From assembly GCA_030704615.1 (NCBI GenBank), contig CM060731.1, forward strand, positions 48,422,001 through 48,486,000: a DNA stretch of 64,000 bases. The letters run 5' to 3'. Position 1 is the stretch's first letter. Each line of letters starts with the position of its first letter. The translations under genes were made by a program, and so were the position numbers. Source of the stretch: Takakia lepidozioides (lineage: Eukaryota; Plantae; Bryophyta). Shown here one piece after another: positions 13,098 to 26,830 of this stretch. The notes beneath the pieces were generated by a model, which ran no database searches, had not been told where the DNA came from, and worked only from the letters and a program-made list of their open reading frames with translations.

Positions 13098-15826
13098 CGC
13101 TCCTCGCCCCCTCTCTCTTCTCTCTCGCTCGTCCAAACTCTGGGTTTTGTGAACAGCTTCTGTTCCTGTGGATGATATTTGAGGACGACATTCGTTTATT
13201 TCCATACATGAACCCCTCGGGTTTCCATTCGGACCCTTGACGCTCTAGTGCTATGAAAAAGGAACCCTCACTCTTTTTCTTTTTTCTTGTATTGTTTTGT
13301 TTTTGTTTTTTAAGGGGATGAACCCTCACTCTTTTATAAGATGATCTTCTTCAAAAACAAAAGAAAAATATATATCTTTATATATTTAAAAATAGAGGAA
13401 TCTGCAATCCCCTTTTCTTTTCTTTTTTTATAAAAGGGATGAAGCCCATTTATTTTATTCAAGGTCCTGTGGGGCCATGAAGCATGCACACCAGATGCTG
13501 AGGGACGAACCCGAGTTTCTTTAACGAAGAGAGAGCCATCCATATGGATGATAAACCCTTTCCTGGTTATTTAAAAACAATTAATAAAAAAAATTAATAA
13601 AAAAGTAAAAAAGAAAAGTGAAGAAGAGAGTGCCATGAACCTTTGGTGGGCTCCCTCTCCTCTCCTAAGTATTCTCCATGGTAGAGGAAGCAAACAACAA
13701 TTCCCAGAAAACCAGCCCGAAAACAGGGCTGCACACAAATGTCAATGGTGGGACATTGAAATGGTCGGTCCTTGCTCACCGTGGCTATTGCAGAATCCCA
13801 CTGTGGGATGCAAGCTCGAATTACAGGACAGCTACATTTCAACACCGCGTGTCCTCCACATTTGGATGCTTCTTTCAAGGTTGGACATCATCAGTTTCCT
13901 CTGCAAGTTTCTTCCTTTCTTGACGTTTAGAGGTGTGGTATCAAAAGTGGTCACTCGGTGAATGCTGAATCTGAATGACGATACCAGCAGCATTTGACAT
14001 TCAGGTTTGATCACACACTGAATGGGCCCGGTATGACAAGTAGTTTCTATTGTACTTTTCTCTCCAAAATGAACGTGAATCTGACGACAGGTCAAAGACT
14101 CGAATACCGCACCTTCCTCTTCCAAGCTCACGAAATCAACTAGAAGGCCAGCTTCCTCATAATTCCACATACATCTTAATGGAAGACAAACGAGAGTGGT
14201 CTGTCTGTGGGCGATGTGAAGCAGATGGCAGTATCGTCATTACTCTCTTAGCTGCAAAGCCTCACCTGCAAACACCATCGAAAACTTCCAAAAGATCCAA
14301 CTCAAAGCCTACCCAGCTATAAGACATTTGCAGTGCCGAACATGAAGCCTGAGATCTCAATTGCTCGGTGGAGCTCTTCAAGCACAGACTGAAACCTTCG
14401 CACACCCTTAGGGCCCTTAGTGCAAAAATCACCCTCAAAACATTATCCCATAACGTTTGCCCGTATCGATGAAGAGTTCCAGTATAAAACCCAGGACTGC
14501 CACAACCGTTCTGAAGCCGCGTGTCCAGCACAAAGCGAACTATTCTTTCGCCTTTTACTAAAGAATACCGTGCGTTGAACACAGAAAGCGGCATACCCTA
14601 ATTTTTTGGCTGCCCCTCACGGGGCCCAACCAACAATACAACCTGGAAAGCAACTTCACATACTCGTAAAGTGTACCGTACCGGAAAATGTTGCTGGCGA
14701 CATTCATCAACGCCATCGACCATTGCCCAGTAATGGTATGATCTGTGCATCTACTTCCTCTATGTACATAGTGGTTTCGAACATGTCAGCACGACTACCT
14801 ACTCTTTTCTTAGTCGTAATTGCACCTATCATCCAAGTGGACTATAATCCAAAAGTGGAGAATTGTCATCCATGCAATGGCTAATTTTTACTATCATCTT
14901 GTCACATTCAGTCAAACTTATAGAATTGTGAATTCCTTAGCAACACTTGAAATCCTCATGTAAGCATTGCCATCACATCCGGACCAGCCAGGAAAAATCC
15001 CACCAAACAAGCTAAAAAATAATCAGTTCACCATCCGCCATCCTGTCCCGATGACCGCAAGTTTGTCGGTTCCGGAAGTTGATAAAGATTGTACCCATTT
15101 ACAAGAGCTGTAGGCTGGCAGAGCAGTGAAGAAATAGCCCGCAAATATTTTTTATCCATACCATACAAAACAATGGAACATCTGCACTCTAATTTCAGAA
15201 GTTTGTGGGCAAGCATTGCATGTTTCAGATTCTGCGGTGCCTATTTAGCCCAGTGGTAAGGCTGTAAATTGCTTCACTAGTGGTTGTGGGTTCAAATTAA
15301 GTGGGGATGGCGACCTCTGAGATCGTACGTTTGTGAAGTAGGAACATTGAAATTCATAGAGAGCTTCGAGAAGAGACGGCAATGGTGGAGATGCACGGCG
15401 CAAGGTCGGCCACGTGTGTGTTGATTATCCTCGTTGCTGGGCCCCTTTCAGAAGTCTCTCCCCCACGTGCACAGTTTGTGTGAGTATATTCAAGTGCAAG
15501 ACAGATTTTATATGCACGGACAAGTCTGTAGTCTGTACGCAGTCTCACTAGTATCGGAGGAGAGGGTGAGAAAAGACACAGACAGATGTGTAGCTGTACA
15601 CAGAATATCTGGACAGACTGTCGAGTTTGGAAAGCGCGGGCTGGCTCTCTATGTACAGTGCTTCAAGTGTCCGGTCTGTCCTCGTCTTTTTTCCTCTTCC
15701 GCTGTGGAATCAATTGTTGAGAAACTACAGGTAGAGATGAAGACGACTCGTGACCGTGTGGATAATAGCAGGTGGATCTGATCGTCACTTGCCATCTTCT
15801 TGCTCGGCTCGAGCTTTGACTCTGGG

Positions 15827-16186
15827 GCCGGATGCAGATCTAGCTGTTCGAAGTTTGTGTTCAGTATGATGATCACTAGTTTTATATCTGGTACAGCCTC
15901 ATGATAGATGTCAACGACGATTGCTGGACTCCTTTTCGATCCTCGTCCCTGGAAGAGAATTGGGACATACGAGGCAGAGAGTTCGTTAAGGTCGACAGGT
16001 GCCGGATGCAGATCTAGCTGTTCGAAGTTTGTGTTCAGTATGATGCTCACTAGTTTTATATCTGGTACAGCCTCATGATAGATTGTCAGTGATTCGTGTC
16101 AACGACGGTTGCTGGACTCCTTTTCGATCCTCGTCCCTGGAAGAGAATTGGGACATACGAGGCAGAGAGTTCGTTAAGGTCGACAG
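15827..16186. repeat. Two-copy tandem duplication of ~175 bp
   Basis: GCCGGATGCAGATCTAGCTG...AAGGTCGACAG occurs at ~15827 and ~16001. The second copy has a short insertion. Confidence 0.9.
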
Positions 16187-16740
16187 TTGCAATTCTCTTG
16201 GACACCTCATCGAATACATAGCTTCAGTTGTGTAACTTCTCTCCGAATTAGGTAGCGGGCCACCAATTCAGGCTGGAGTTTGCCCTTATCATGATCAGGA
16301 ATTGGCACCCGTCAATCAAGAAAACATGAAAAGCTGCAGATCCAACTAGGCATCAGAATTTCGTCCTGGAGAGGCTCAATGGTGTCCTGGAAAACGTCAT
16401 GTTGATTATTTCAGTGTTTTTGATTCAAGATTACTTCCGGTAAATCAGCGGGGGGCCTTTCCTGGTGTCCAATCACAAGTTATTCAGACTGAGTTTACTG
16501 CAAGCATGACAATCTTGAGCATTTGATCGGCTGTTGAGTCTTCATGAATAGACCTTTTGTGAGTGAAGTTGCAGGAATAGCAATTGATTGACGAGTTCAC
16601 GACTCAGACTCAGGCTACATACGCCTTTCCGGATATTGTCTGGGGCAGAAGAACAAGCCTAGAGAACTTGAGGACGCTTGTGATTCTGGACGGTGGATTG
16701 CAAGAGAACCTGTACAGCTACGACACGTAAAGACAGGCTG

Positions 16741-19305
16741 ATGAGTTATGCTAAGGGGACAAAAACCTTGATGGACAGCAGCTTTAATCCAGAGTCGTTT
16801 GGGAAGAGGTGCATCTTACTCACTTCACTTTTCTCTATGCACTTGATGCTCTCAAGTGCGTTCCTTGTCCACACTGGCCCACCGGAAACTCCGGATATGA
16901 CAGGTGGATTTGCGAGAACTACTTTCCAAGCACGTTATACAACCATGTGGGGCGGACCTGATAACGTCAACCTCATGGATGAGGGCAACACGGTGCGACT
17001 ACGACTTGACAGCCGCTCAGGTACATCTTACATACTTCTTAAGCATCAGAGGGCAACAGATACGTACAACGTACATATTAATGCATAGCGTACCTAAGTA
17101 TTACAACGTTGCAGTGCAGTCCTCATATGTAGATTCTCCAGTTTATACAAACTGACACATGTATGTTCGAGTATCCAGAAGTGGCATTCATACCAAGGTC
17201 AACTGACATACATAAACGTCGAGCACAAATTCATGCACGGGTGTACATTGATCACATGCACGAGCTCTTTCTGTCTTACCCCTGCACTGAAATTCCATGT
17301 TAGCAGTGGCATAATTTGGCCCGGAAATTTATGTGCATGTATGCAGGTTCAGGATTCATGTCACGGGATAAGATTCTCCATGGCTTCTTCAGTGCAGCGA
17401 TCAAACTGCCCGCAAATTATTCTGCTGGCACTGTCACTGCTTTCTATGTGAGTTTTGGTGCATGGTTCTTTCTTTGCAGCCCTCTGGTGAAATAAATGGA
17501 AGTCACTGAGCAAAGCTTGAGCACTCTAAATTCGTATCTGGAAAAGAAGTAGAGAAACTTGACTCACGTGCACTGAGCAGTCTCGTGCAAGCTTATAAAC
17601 AAATTAAAAAACAAATCAAAATATGGAAGCCTCTGGCAGCTTCTAGTTTCTCTAGTCACAAATGTACACAAGTATTTTAAATGGTCAATTTCGATTACTA
17701 TGAAATCACTCTGGCGACGTTGCTTCGTGCCTGCAGACTTCAAACCAAGACCTCTACCCAGACAAGCATGATGAATTTGACTTCGAGTTTCTAGGAGTCA
17801 GATCCGGCCAACCCTATGTTGTGCAAACCAATGTGTATGGGGATGGGAGTGTGTCAACAGGTCGGGAGGAGCGTCATCATCTTTGGTTTGATCCATCTGC
17901 TGATTTCCATGAATACAGCATTCTTTGGAATTCCCACCATACTGTGTAAGTGCCTCTGAACTCTAGCTCTCTTACAGATGTCAGGTCACCTCCAGGTCAC
18001 GTAGATGTGGGGCGAACGTTGGATGGCTGGACACGTCTGTACAATTAATAGGAATCTACTGCATCCATGCAGAATAGATAGACCTACCGATCTGTGGCTG
18101 GAAAATGGTAACTAAATCGAAGCCTCTGGACATGTTCTGATCCGCGTCTACTAGCGGTTGTCTCGAACATGTATTCCACCAGCTGCTCGAAATTTCTATT
18201 ACGTTAGGGGCAGTGAATGTACGTGTACGTCATACTACGGTGTGAGTCCTCTTCTAGACTAAAGCTATCAACGATGTTGGTCTTTGTGAATTCCAGATTC
18301 TTTGTGGACAACGTTCCCATTCGGGAATTCGTGAACTCTAAGGTTCTGGGGTTGCAGTATCCCGCCAAAGCCATGACATTGTATGCGACCATATGGGACG
18401 GGTCAGGCTGGGCCACGGAGGGGGGGAAATACCCTGTGGACTACACCCAAGCCCCATTTGACGCTACTTTTACCAACTTCAAGCTGGAAGGCTGTGTGTG
18501 GCCGAACCCCGCAGCGCAAACCACAGCACCGGAATGTTCGCAACCGGGGTTTCAAACTCGGATTAATGCTCACTCCCTTCACACACTTACGGGGAAACAA
18601 AGAAAGGCCATGGATTGGGTCCGGAAGAACTACCTGTGGTACTCCTACTGTGACGATCGGCATCGCTACCCTGTGCCTCTGCCCGATTGCATATCCACAG
18701 GTAATAAATCTGGCATATATACCATCTCGACTGTCTACCTAGCGCACTACTGGACGTTTGCATGTTGCCATGGGCATGATACAGAACTGAAAGTGATTCC
18801 CTGGTTGCACCTAGCTGCATATTATTGAACTTGTTTGCTGCAATCACGAGGTTAACAACTGAACTAAACAGAGCGACAGGAATTGTGCAGCTCGAGACCA
18901 TTCAAATGATACAGAATTACTATATATTGATCAAACTTTTGTTGGATCGAGTTCAAAAATACGGACCAAGCCCTGTAAGCTACAGGTGAAGCTAATTTAA
19001 TCCCATTCTTGAGTACTTACCTACTCAAGGACGGGATTATTATCAAGAAACATTTTAATTCCTCTGCATTCATGAGAGTTCTTGAATCTATAATTTCTGA
19101 TCAGCTTCTTGTTTAATGTAAATTTGCAGACTCGAAAGATCAGATTCTACCGACCGTCGATCACAACGATAGTACTATTGTAGAAAATGATGACGCTCCC
19201 ACGCCAGGTGCACTGCACAGACGGCAGCTACAACGTGGCGGGAGTCTATCAGGGGCCTTCACTTCAGAGCACCAACATTTTGCACAATTCATAGAGAACC
19301 AATAA
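16741..19305 (+). CDS. XTH: Xyloglucan endotransglucosylase/hydrolase (GH16), group III-like; exons ~16741-17020, 17347-17447, 17737-17945, 18297-18700, 19130-19305 (last exon tentative)
   Basis: Hydrophobic signal region; catalytic HDEFDFEFLG; QTNVYG..GREER..LWFDP; YSILWN; FFVDNVPIR; YATIWDGSGWATEGG; XET_C YSYCDDRHRYP..PDC. Intron positions are typical of XTHs. Confidence 0.93.
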
Positions 19306-20936
19306 GATCATGCATTTTCCAAGTTCGCTTCGAAAGTCGGTAAAACCTCCACATGTGCACTTCAGATTGTAGAAATTTCCCGAACTCGTTGAAAGTCGGC
19401 CGGCTCTCTCCCAGGGTATTGTAAGACCTGAGACCTTTACTACTGCTGGATTAGCGAGGCGTCCACTCGAATCCCTTTGTGCATGGTATTCTTCCAGTAC
19501 AGATTAAGCCTTACCATTCTTCGAGAGCATATAGTTTGTACCTGCCGGATGATTCTTCAGCGCTTCCAACTGAATAACCTAGAAAGTATCTTGGTTTGAG
19601 ATGGGACTAGGGTGGGTGTGGCAATGGCACCCAGATTAGTGTACAAGTTTTAGTGGATTTGTACAACGTAGACTCTAATGATCTCGACGAAATCATAGAT
19701 CTGCAGGCAATAACCTGCCGTTCCATGGATTCACATGTGAGTTGTGAAGCACATTCATGCACACATCAGATCGTGACTGGAGTAAGTACTTAGTGTGTCT
19801 TGGCAGACTGAAGCGAGGGTTCTTTCGACTCATCATAGGTTTGCACTGGTGTCTGCAATTGCGTAGCTGTTGAGCACCACGGTTGCCACATCTACTTGAA
19901 CAATTGATCAATAAGCAGTACTCTGAACGTACAGTAACAATTTCAGAGAAAATGCCAATCTCATGCTCAAGACTTCTGTTTCTCCATGATGCTGGCGGTT
20001 AAGTTCTTCGCAGTTCTGAAACAGGAAATCAAGCATCTGGCAAGGGCATGAGTTGTTTCAATCATTCTTCCAATGCATCTGCCTCTTGTTCATACAATCA
20101 TATCTTCTCAAGTACCATCCTGCTCCTGATGGTACCTACAGACTTGCCTCCTCTTGAACCCAAAAACAGGGAGATCCGCTCGCTCATAACTTTGACTACG
20201 CAGGTGGCTCTTGCTCAGAGTGATTGTCTTGCCTACTCATTAGCCCAACATACTCAGAAGTTACCCTGCCATGGTCTGTGCAAACGCCTTGCAGATAGAC
20301 TACCGAGTACCGACACGCAACAAAGAACACGCCGCTCGAACCAGACACAATGCAAAACAACCTCCGAGAAAGTTGTGCGTAATTCCATAGTATGGTGGAT
20401 TCATGTGAAGCTGCTTTCGAACTCCTCCATTCTTGCCTAGAAGAGAAGAGACGAGAAGGGACTTGGCATGTTCCGGACCCGACCCTTTCTTTCATACACA
20501 GAGAAAGAGAAGCGTGGGCCCGGATGTTGGTGTGGTCTGTCCATGTCGTGATGAAGTCATCCTCCCTCGCTCGTTGGCTGATGACGGAATATATCCATGG
20601 TGTGGCCATTCATAATTTGACACGTGTGATAGTTGAAGTTTTGAGAGGATTTGATTGGGCTGACGACGCCCCACGGTACGTAACGGTAGGGCCTGGAAAG
20701 TTCTGGGCTCTTTCTGAGAACTTTCATGTCCTTGGCCTCCATCGCCGGCTCGCTCTTGTTTTGTCGGTTCTTGCTTCTTGAAAGATCGAATTGCTGGTTA
20801 AGGAGTGTGGAAGGTCCGTGTGGAGGGATTGGTGAAGTCGTTTGCAGTGTTGCTTGCATTGGATTTCTGAGGTCTTGATCAGAATTGGGGATACGAGAAC
20901 AGACTGCTCGTCGCTGATCGGCTCTAGTTTGTTGGT

Positions 20937-23900
20937 ATGGAGTACGCATCATCGTTCTTTGAGGGCCGGCCGTCCAGGTGGAACTATGGATCGCTCAAGA
21001 ATTTCAACTCGATTTCTGCTCCGGTGCAGCATCATCTGCAGAGGGTATGGAATCGTTTGCCTGCGCTGTCTATTCCAGAGCTGTTCGTGTATTAGGTGCA
21101 TAGCGAAGATGACCAGATCGCGAGTTTCCTTGCCCCTCGTTTTAAGGGTGTTCCTGGAGTCGGGAGGTTTCATCGCATATTTTACTAGGGTGATCTGTTA
21201 TCTCCGTATATGTTTGTTCATTTTTCGCGGTGGCACGGGCTTATTGTTGTTTAGGGTGTAGCGATCGGAGATTTTACTAGGGTTATGTGGAGTCTACACG
21301 CAATTGTCCATTTGGGAGTAGCAGAGGGTTATTATGGTCTGGAATGGAGCTTGATCGCTAGAGTATGTGGTGTTGTTTACTATTTTGTGTTCCTAGTTCA
21401 TATCTGCCGCTCGTAGTATCTGGTAGGCATCCGTGTAGAAGAAAAAACCATCTTATAACATGGTCCCATAGGCGGGCTTTTCTCAACAGGCTATCATATA
21501 TGTTGAGGGTCATCTCCTTTCAGTCATTAGGTTGTGGACCACCACAAGCACCACCAAGGCTTCCCGATAGTTGGTTCTCTGAGGGCAGTGTAGGTAGTCG
21601 AAAACAGTGATGGGAGTCTGTTTTGAGACAGAGTTGGTGGTAGTTGGCTGCTCCCTGACCCTCTGCCTGATGAGTTTTCCTCTTTGATACCAACACAGTA
21701 AACCCTTGGGTAGAGTTAGAATAGTTATTATGGTGGGCTTACGACGATGGAATTTTGTATTTGGATGTGACAGGTATATATGACTTTGGCTGCTGCACTT
21801 CTGGTGTCTGCACTGGGAGTGTACGGCCACACACTATGGCACATTGGAGGTCTTATCACTTCACTTGGTTTCATTGGCTCAACTTTGTGGCTTGTAGCCA
21901 CACCTTCAACTCCACAAGAGGAGGTTTGTCTCTGATCATATGCAAACTTTCTTTGCCATGATGAGGGGTTAGGTTGTGTATCGGTACATGCCATCACAGA
22001 GAGAGCTTTTAATTGACAGGTATCTGCAAGTACAGGTCATGGAATACCTTAAGATATTCTCAGGAGACATACATATCTCTCTCTTCTCTCTGCTCTGGCT
22101 GAAACCCTGGTGGGGGCAAAGCCCACACAAGACTTTGGGTGGGTTAGTTTACCGCGGGGTCAATGGCTGTTAGGCTATGGCAAGCCCACGGTCCCCATGA
22201 ATGGCATGAGTACATTCTCTTCTCTGTTTGTTATTAAGTTTCGTCTTTCTTTCTTTCTCTCTTCTTTGATCAGTGGTCAATATCCAGAAGGCTATGGTAA
22301 GCCGAGTACAGTCTCTTCTTTGATCAGGGTTTTACCCGCCTAAGTTAACTCAGTAGTTCTCAAGCTATGAAGTTTTTCCTGTTTGATCTTTTTGGGTTAA
22401 GTGCGATCTTGGTTGGTAGTTGGGGCACTTTTCCCTGATATTTGATGGCATGGTGTTTTGCAATTCAAATTTCATAGCATGATCTCTCCTTTAAGATGTT
22501 GCTTAAATGAATTTTGTGCCCTTCCCTTCCACCCTGGATGTCAGATCCTTTTATTAAACTGCAGTTTATGAAACGAATGGGCTTCCTTTTTGCAGGGTAA
22601 GAGATTGAAGCTGTTGGCAGCAGCTGCGTTTTGTCAAGGTGCCTCTGTTGGCACACTTGTGGAGGCTGTCCTTAACTTCGACCCAAGGTATGTATGTTTG
22701 AAAAGTGCAGGTGAAGTTCAAAAGTGTTGTTAGGTTTGGATGAGAGATTAGAATTTTGTTTGTTTGAAAGCAGAGAATTGGGGCAATAATACATCGACTT
22801 TGTATATGAACAAGCAACGCTTGCTTGAGTTAATTTGGTTAATCTGGTTTGACTTTAAGGGGTGATTTCTCTCAAAAATTAAGTAGAGTATGAAGTTTGT
22901 GAGATGTTTCTGATGGAGATTGTTGTTCATGCTTAGCACACTCATACCCGGCCAAGAAGTTTCTTAACAGAAACAAGTTTTAATTGTATTAGTGAAGCTT
23001 GATGTAAGGAGGTTTTGTGTATTCGTACTTGTGCACAAGCTGTGAAGCTGGTTGAGACTAACTCCTGTATTGATTCTCAATGTGATATGGCAGCATTGTG
23101 GTGATGGCATTCCTTGGATCAATGGCCATCTTTGCCTGCTTTTCTGGAGCAGCGTTGTTAGCAAGACGTCGCGAGTACTTGTTTCTTGGTGGTGTTTTGT
23201 CATCAGTTGTTAGCACCATGATGCTGCTCCAATTTGGCTCCTTGTTTTTTGGTGGTGGAGCTTTGATGTACAACATTGAGGTATTTCCTTTCTTCTCTAC
23301 GTCCCTCTTCCTGCTTAAATGTGGCTGAGCAGTAATTGCACCTAGATTGACAGACAGGTGTCTCCTCCTGTTAAGAATCTGCGGCTTATTTTCTCTTGTC
23401 GTCGGTAATGTTTGTTCTCTTTATATTGTGAATCTCTAGAGTAAGGAATAGGATGAGGATTATTCTCCAGCATGAAACTTCCGGGGCTTCTAACCTAGGG
23501 AACATACAACAGATGTGGCTCTATCAAATACTCCATTGTTTGAGTCGTCATGATACGTTGGCACCTCCACACTTTATGAATTTTTAAGTCTGTTGAGCTG
23601 TGTAATGAGTGTTGGTGGAGGTGGATTGCAGATATATGGAGGGTTGCTTTTGTTTGTCGGTTATGTGTTGTTCGACACCCAAATGATCATTGAGAGGGCA
23701 AACCGGGGTGACTTTGACTACGTGAAGCATGCCCTTGACCTCTTCGTGGATTTTGCTGCAATTTTTGTCCGCCTGCTTGTCATACTGGTGAGTGATTGTT
23801 CTTTTGTACAGTTTGTGTCAATTTGGGTGCTTATATTGGAGCAGGGTTTAATCTAGGTCCTATGGGCAATGGAGTGCAGATACCTTGCCCCCCCCCCCCC

Positions 23901-24294
23901 ACCCCCCCTGGGGCATGTAGATAGGATTCCTGGCTGCGTGCATCTAGCAGAGACTGTACTGATTGGCATTGTTTGTTCTGGCTGATTTATGGACATCTCT
24001 GAAAAGCTTAGTCCCCGGGATCACTTCCATTAGCAGACTCCAAAGAAAACCGAATTGTTCTGGCTGATTTATGGACATCTCTGAAAAGCTTAGTCCCCGG
24101 GATCACTTCCATTAGCAGACTCCAAAGAAAACCGAATTGTAATTTGTTCATGAGAGTTGAGCCTCTGCAAAGTTGCGGCCTTTTTTCTGGGTGTACTTAC
24201 ATTGTTGATTTTGCTGGTTTTGCAGACAAAGAACTCAAGTGAAAGAGAGCGTAGAGAGGAGGAACGCCGCAAGAAGAGGAGCAGTAGTCAGTAG
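20937..24294 (+). CDS. BI-1: Bax inhibitor-1 (TMBIM6 family); 6 exons (~20937-21044, 21774-21923, 22596-22688, 23094-23280, 23632-23787, 24226-24294)
   Basis: MEYASSFFEG..W.YGSLKNF..IS..VQHHLQR|VY.TL; LARRREYLFLGG; DTQMIIERA..GDFDYVKHAL.LF.DF.A.FVR.L.I; basic C-terminal tail KNSSERERREEERRKKR. Confidence 0.94.
23973..24139. repeat. Two-copy ~82-bp tandem duplication in the last BI-1 intron
   Basis: TTGTTCTGGCTGATTTATGGACATC...AAACCGAATTG occurs twice back to back. Confidence 0.9.
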
Positions 24295-25489
24295 TGGAGA
24301 TTGTCAAGGAAAATTAAGTCAAGAAATCCCAGAGATAGCTCTGAGGCAGCGTACATGCAAGTGAGTTGGTTCTTTGAATGGTAAAGTGTATAATGATAAT
24401 GATACAGATTTCAGTGTCTGCTTTCCTATGTTTGAAATATCTAAAAGAGTGTGGACAAAACTCATGAGTCTGTTAGTCAGGCAGATAAGACTGTGAAGGG
24501 TGAATTGCTTTGAAAATCCCCTTGAAAAGGATGTGGACCTAAATCAACTGTCCGATGGAGTTGGAATTGAATTCCTGGGAATTGAATTTGCATTTGATCA
24601 CATGTGCATAACAGAGTTAGTTCGGGATTTTGAAAAAGAGTATTACCTTGCAGGCTCTCGTTCACTTACTCTTGTTCACTGGTATGTGAAGCTTACCGGT
24701 ATGACAAATTGATTTTGAAAACATCTTAACTCACATGAGGAATGCCTTGTGATTAGGAATGTATTGAAACAGGCAACGTAATCAGCCTGTATCAGACAAG
24801 GAGGGTCTTGCGTGCAATCTTGCACTTATTATCGATCCGGTTCCGTGGGAACTTGTCTCAAAGCATTGAAGGGTCTTGGGTAGGACCCTTACACCGCACT
24901 TTAACACTTGGTGAGCCAAAAACTTGATTCTTGTTATGACATATATATATACCACTGTTGGACAATTCTTTTGGTTCGTCTATATGGTAACCTCCGGTTC
25001 CAGTTTGGAAGTTGAGGGCTTGCTAAGGATCTGGCAGAGGGTCTGGAGGGTCTCATTTTGTTTCCCTTTCCGGTTCTCATTAAATTTCAAAATATTCCAC
25101 CTTGGGCAGCTCTCAACATGACAGATTGAAGATTGTTGATCTGGAAATTGGCGGTTGTGCATCTCAGTTCCTAACCAGATTTTTGTGACAACCTTACATA
25201 GAACCTGCTGTTTGAGTTGAAAAAATAGTTGATAAAAGTGAAGGATACACAAACACATCATACCAAACAAATTATTCTATGAAATTAAATTTAACAATGT
25301 GTTGATCAAATATATGTATAAAATGATCTAACGCACATATCGATACCATCTACTCTTCGACTGCTTCAAACAAATTGTCATCCTCAAATTCTTCCTCCAA
25401 TACCTAAGGCCAATCAGAGCACCTCGCAAAACTATCATGAAATTAGAAAATAATTTGTTATTTGTAATTTTGGCCAACTTTGGAGAGTG

Positions 25490-26830
25490 GTCTTAAGTTT
25501 TTACTCTAACTGGGACTCGCTCCCTTCCCCTCCCCTTTCTTTGTTGCTTCTCTTGAATTGGCTGCCTGCTAGTTCTCAAGTTTCCTGTCTTGTATGGGCA
25601 ACTCTGAGGGCTCTCATTTTGTGGAACCTCTGGAAAGCTAGATGTGCCTTTATGTATGAGGAAAACCCCCCTAGGGGCAGGCCAATTCTGTTTTGTATTT
25701 ACAATGACCTGCTTACTGAGGAGGGGACAAGCGTTGGGAATTGTGTGTACAGCTGTTTCCAGAACTTCTGAACAACGCGGGCGCAAGCTCCTCGATCGTT
25801 TTCTGCAGTACTGGGGCAAAGACGACACTCTCGGCCCCTATTTTCCTATCATGCGTTTCAGTTGGAAAAGCTCCATCCCCGGCGCATGGGATGTCCCTTG
25901 GTGATGGGGAAGATGGTGATTTCAATTGGAGGCACAAGAAGGCCCGTGCAACAAAGTTTAGGACTCAGCTTCGTTTTTTTTTCTTCTTTTTTTGAATGAT
26001 GGGATGAGCTTGGATGAAGGTGGGGGTACGACCATTGATCCCCACAAAATATTGCATCCAATGCAGTGGATATGGGCAAATTTGTCTGAAATATGACAAT
26101 TTGGCACATGGTCAACGCAAGGGGGGTCAAATTTTCAGTTTAGCCCAAATTTGATTGGGCTTACTCGGTGTATTATAAATAAACTAGCGAGTGAGTTTGC
26201 AAATAAGCAGAGGAACTGATGTAGGAGGTGCTCTGACACAAAATTCGCCTTTACTACACCTCCTTACATCGAGTAGGCTTGACTCGCAGTCTATGGTTGG
26301 GGAAACTCGGTGTCTTATAAATAAACTAGCAAGTGAGTTTGCAAAGAAGCAGAGGAACTGATATAGGAGGTGCGCTAACACAACGCCTTTACTGCACGCC
26401 CCAGATTTCCTCATAGTAAGTTCTCGATAAGTTCACACACAATTTTGAATGCTCCTTCATTTACAGTGGGTGTGTAAGGGCGATCATGTATAGAATTCAC
26501 TCAGACCTAATGTCTGAGGCTAGGAAAGCGTGGTATGTGCTTTGTGCAGCTCTTTCCAAAGGACCTGCAGAGGAGAGAAAAAAGAAATTACTCGATCGTT
26601 TTGACATCACATGGGCGAAGGATGGCTATCTCTGCAACAGAACCTCAGATTCCATTATTGACTGGAACAACACCATCCCGGCATGCTGGCAGTTCTATTA
26701 GCACCCGGCTCTCGCCTGCTAATGGAGAAGACTCGGACATCAATTGGAGGCACATGCGCGGTCTTCGTAGCGGGAGATCCAAGGCTCAGCTCACCTTCAA
26801 GCCTTCTAAGCGTAGAAGGGGCAACCCCTA
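25490..26830 (+). mobile_element. Two degenerate 3' fragments of an L1-like non-LTR retrotransposon, with a ~95-bp direct repeat (26163/26305) between them
   Basis: W.TL..LILWNLWKARC..M.E motif typical of LINE ORF2 C-termini. The segments at 25700-25970 and 26480-26800 share KLLDRF...W.KD...W...IP.xW and CAATTGGAGGCACA. Confidence 0.55.

Noticed and set aside
15237-15310. tRNA gene
   Set aside because: Only degenerate A/B-box-like words and no acceptor stem; at most a SINE relic.
13594-15781. Short ORFs between SRPRB and XTH
   Set aside because: No recognisable domains or consistent exon structure.
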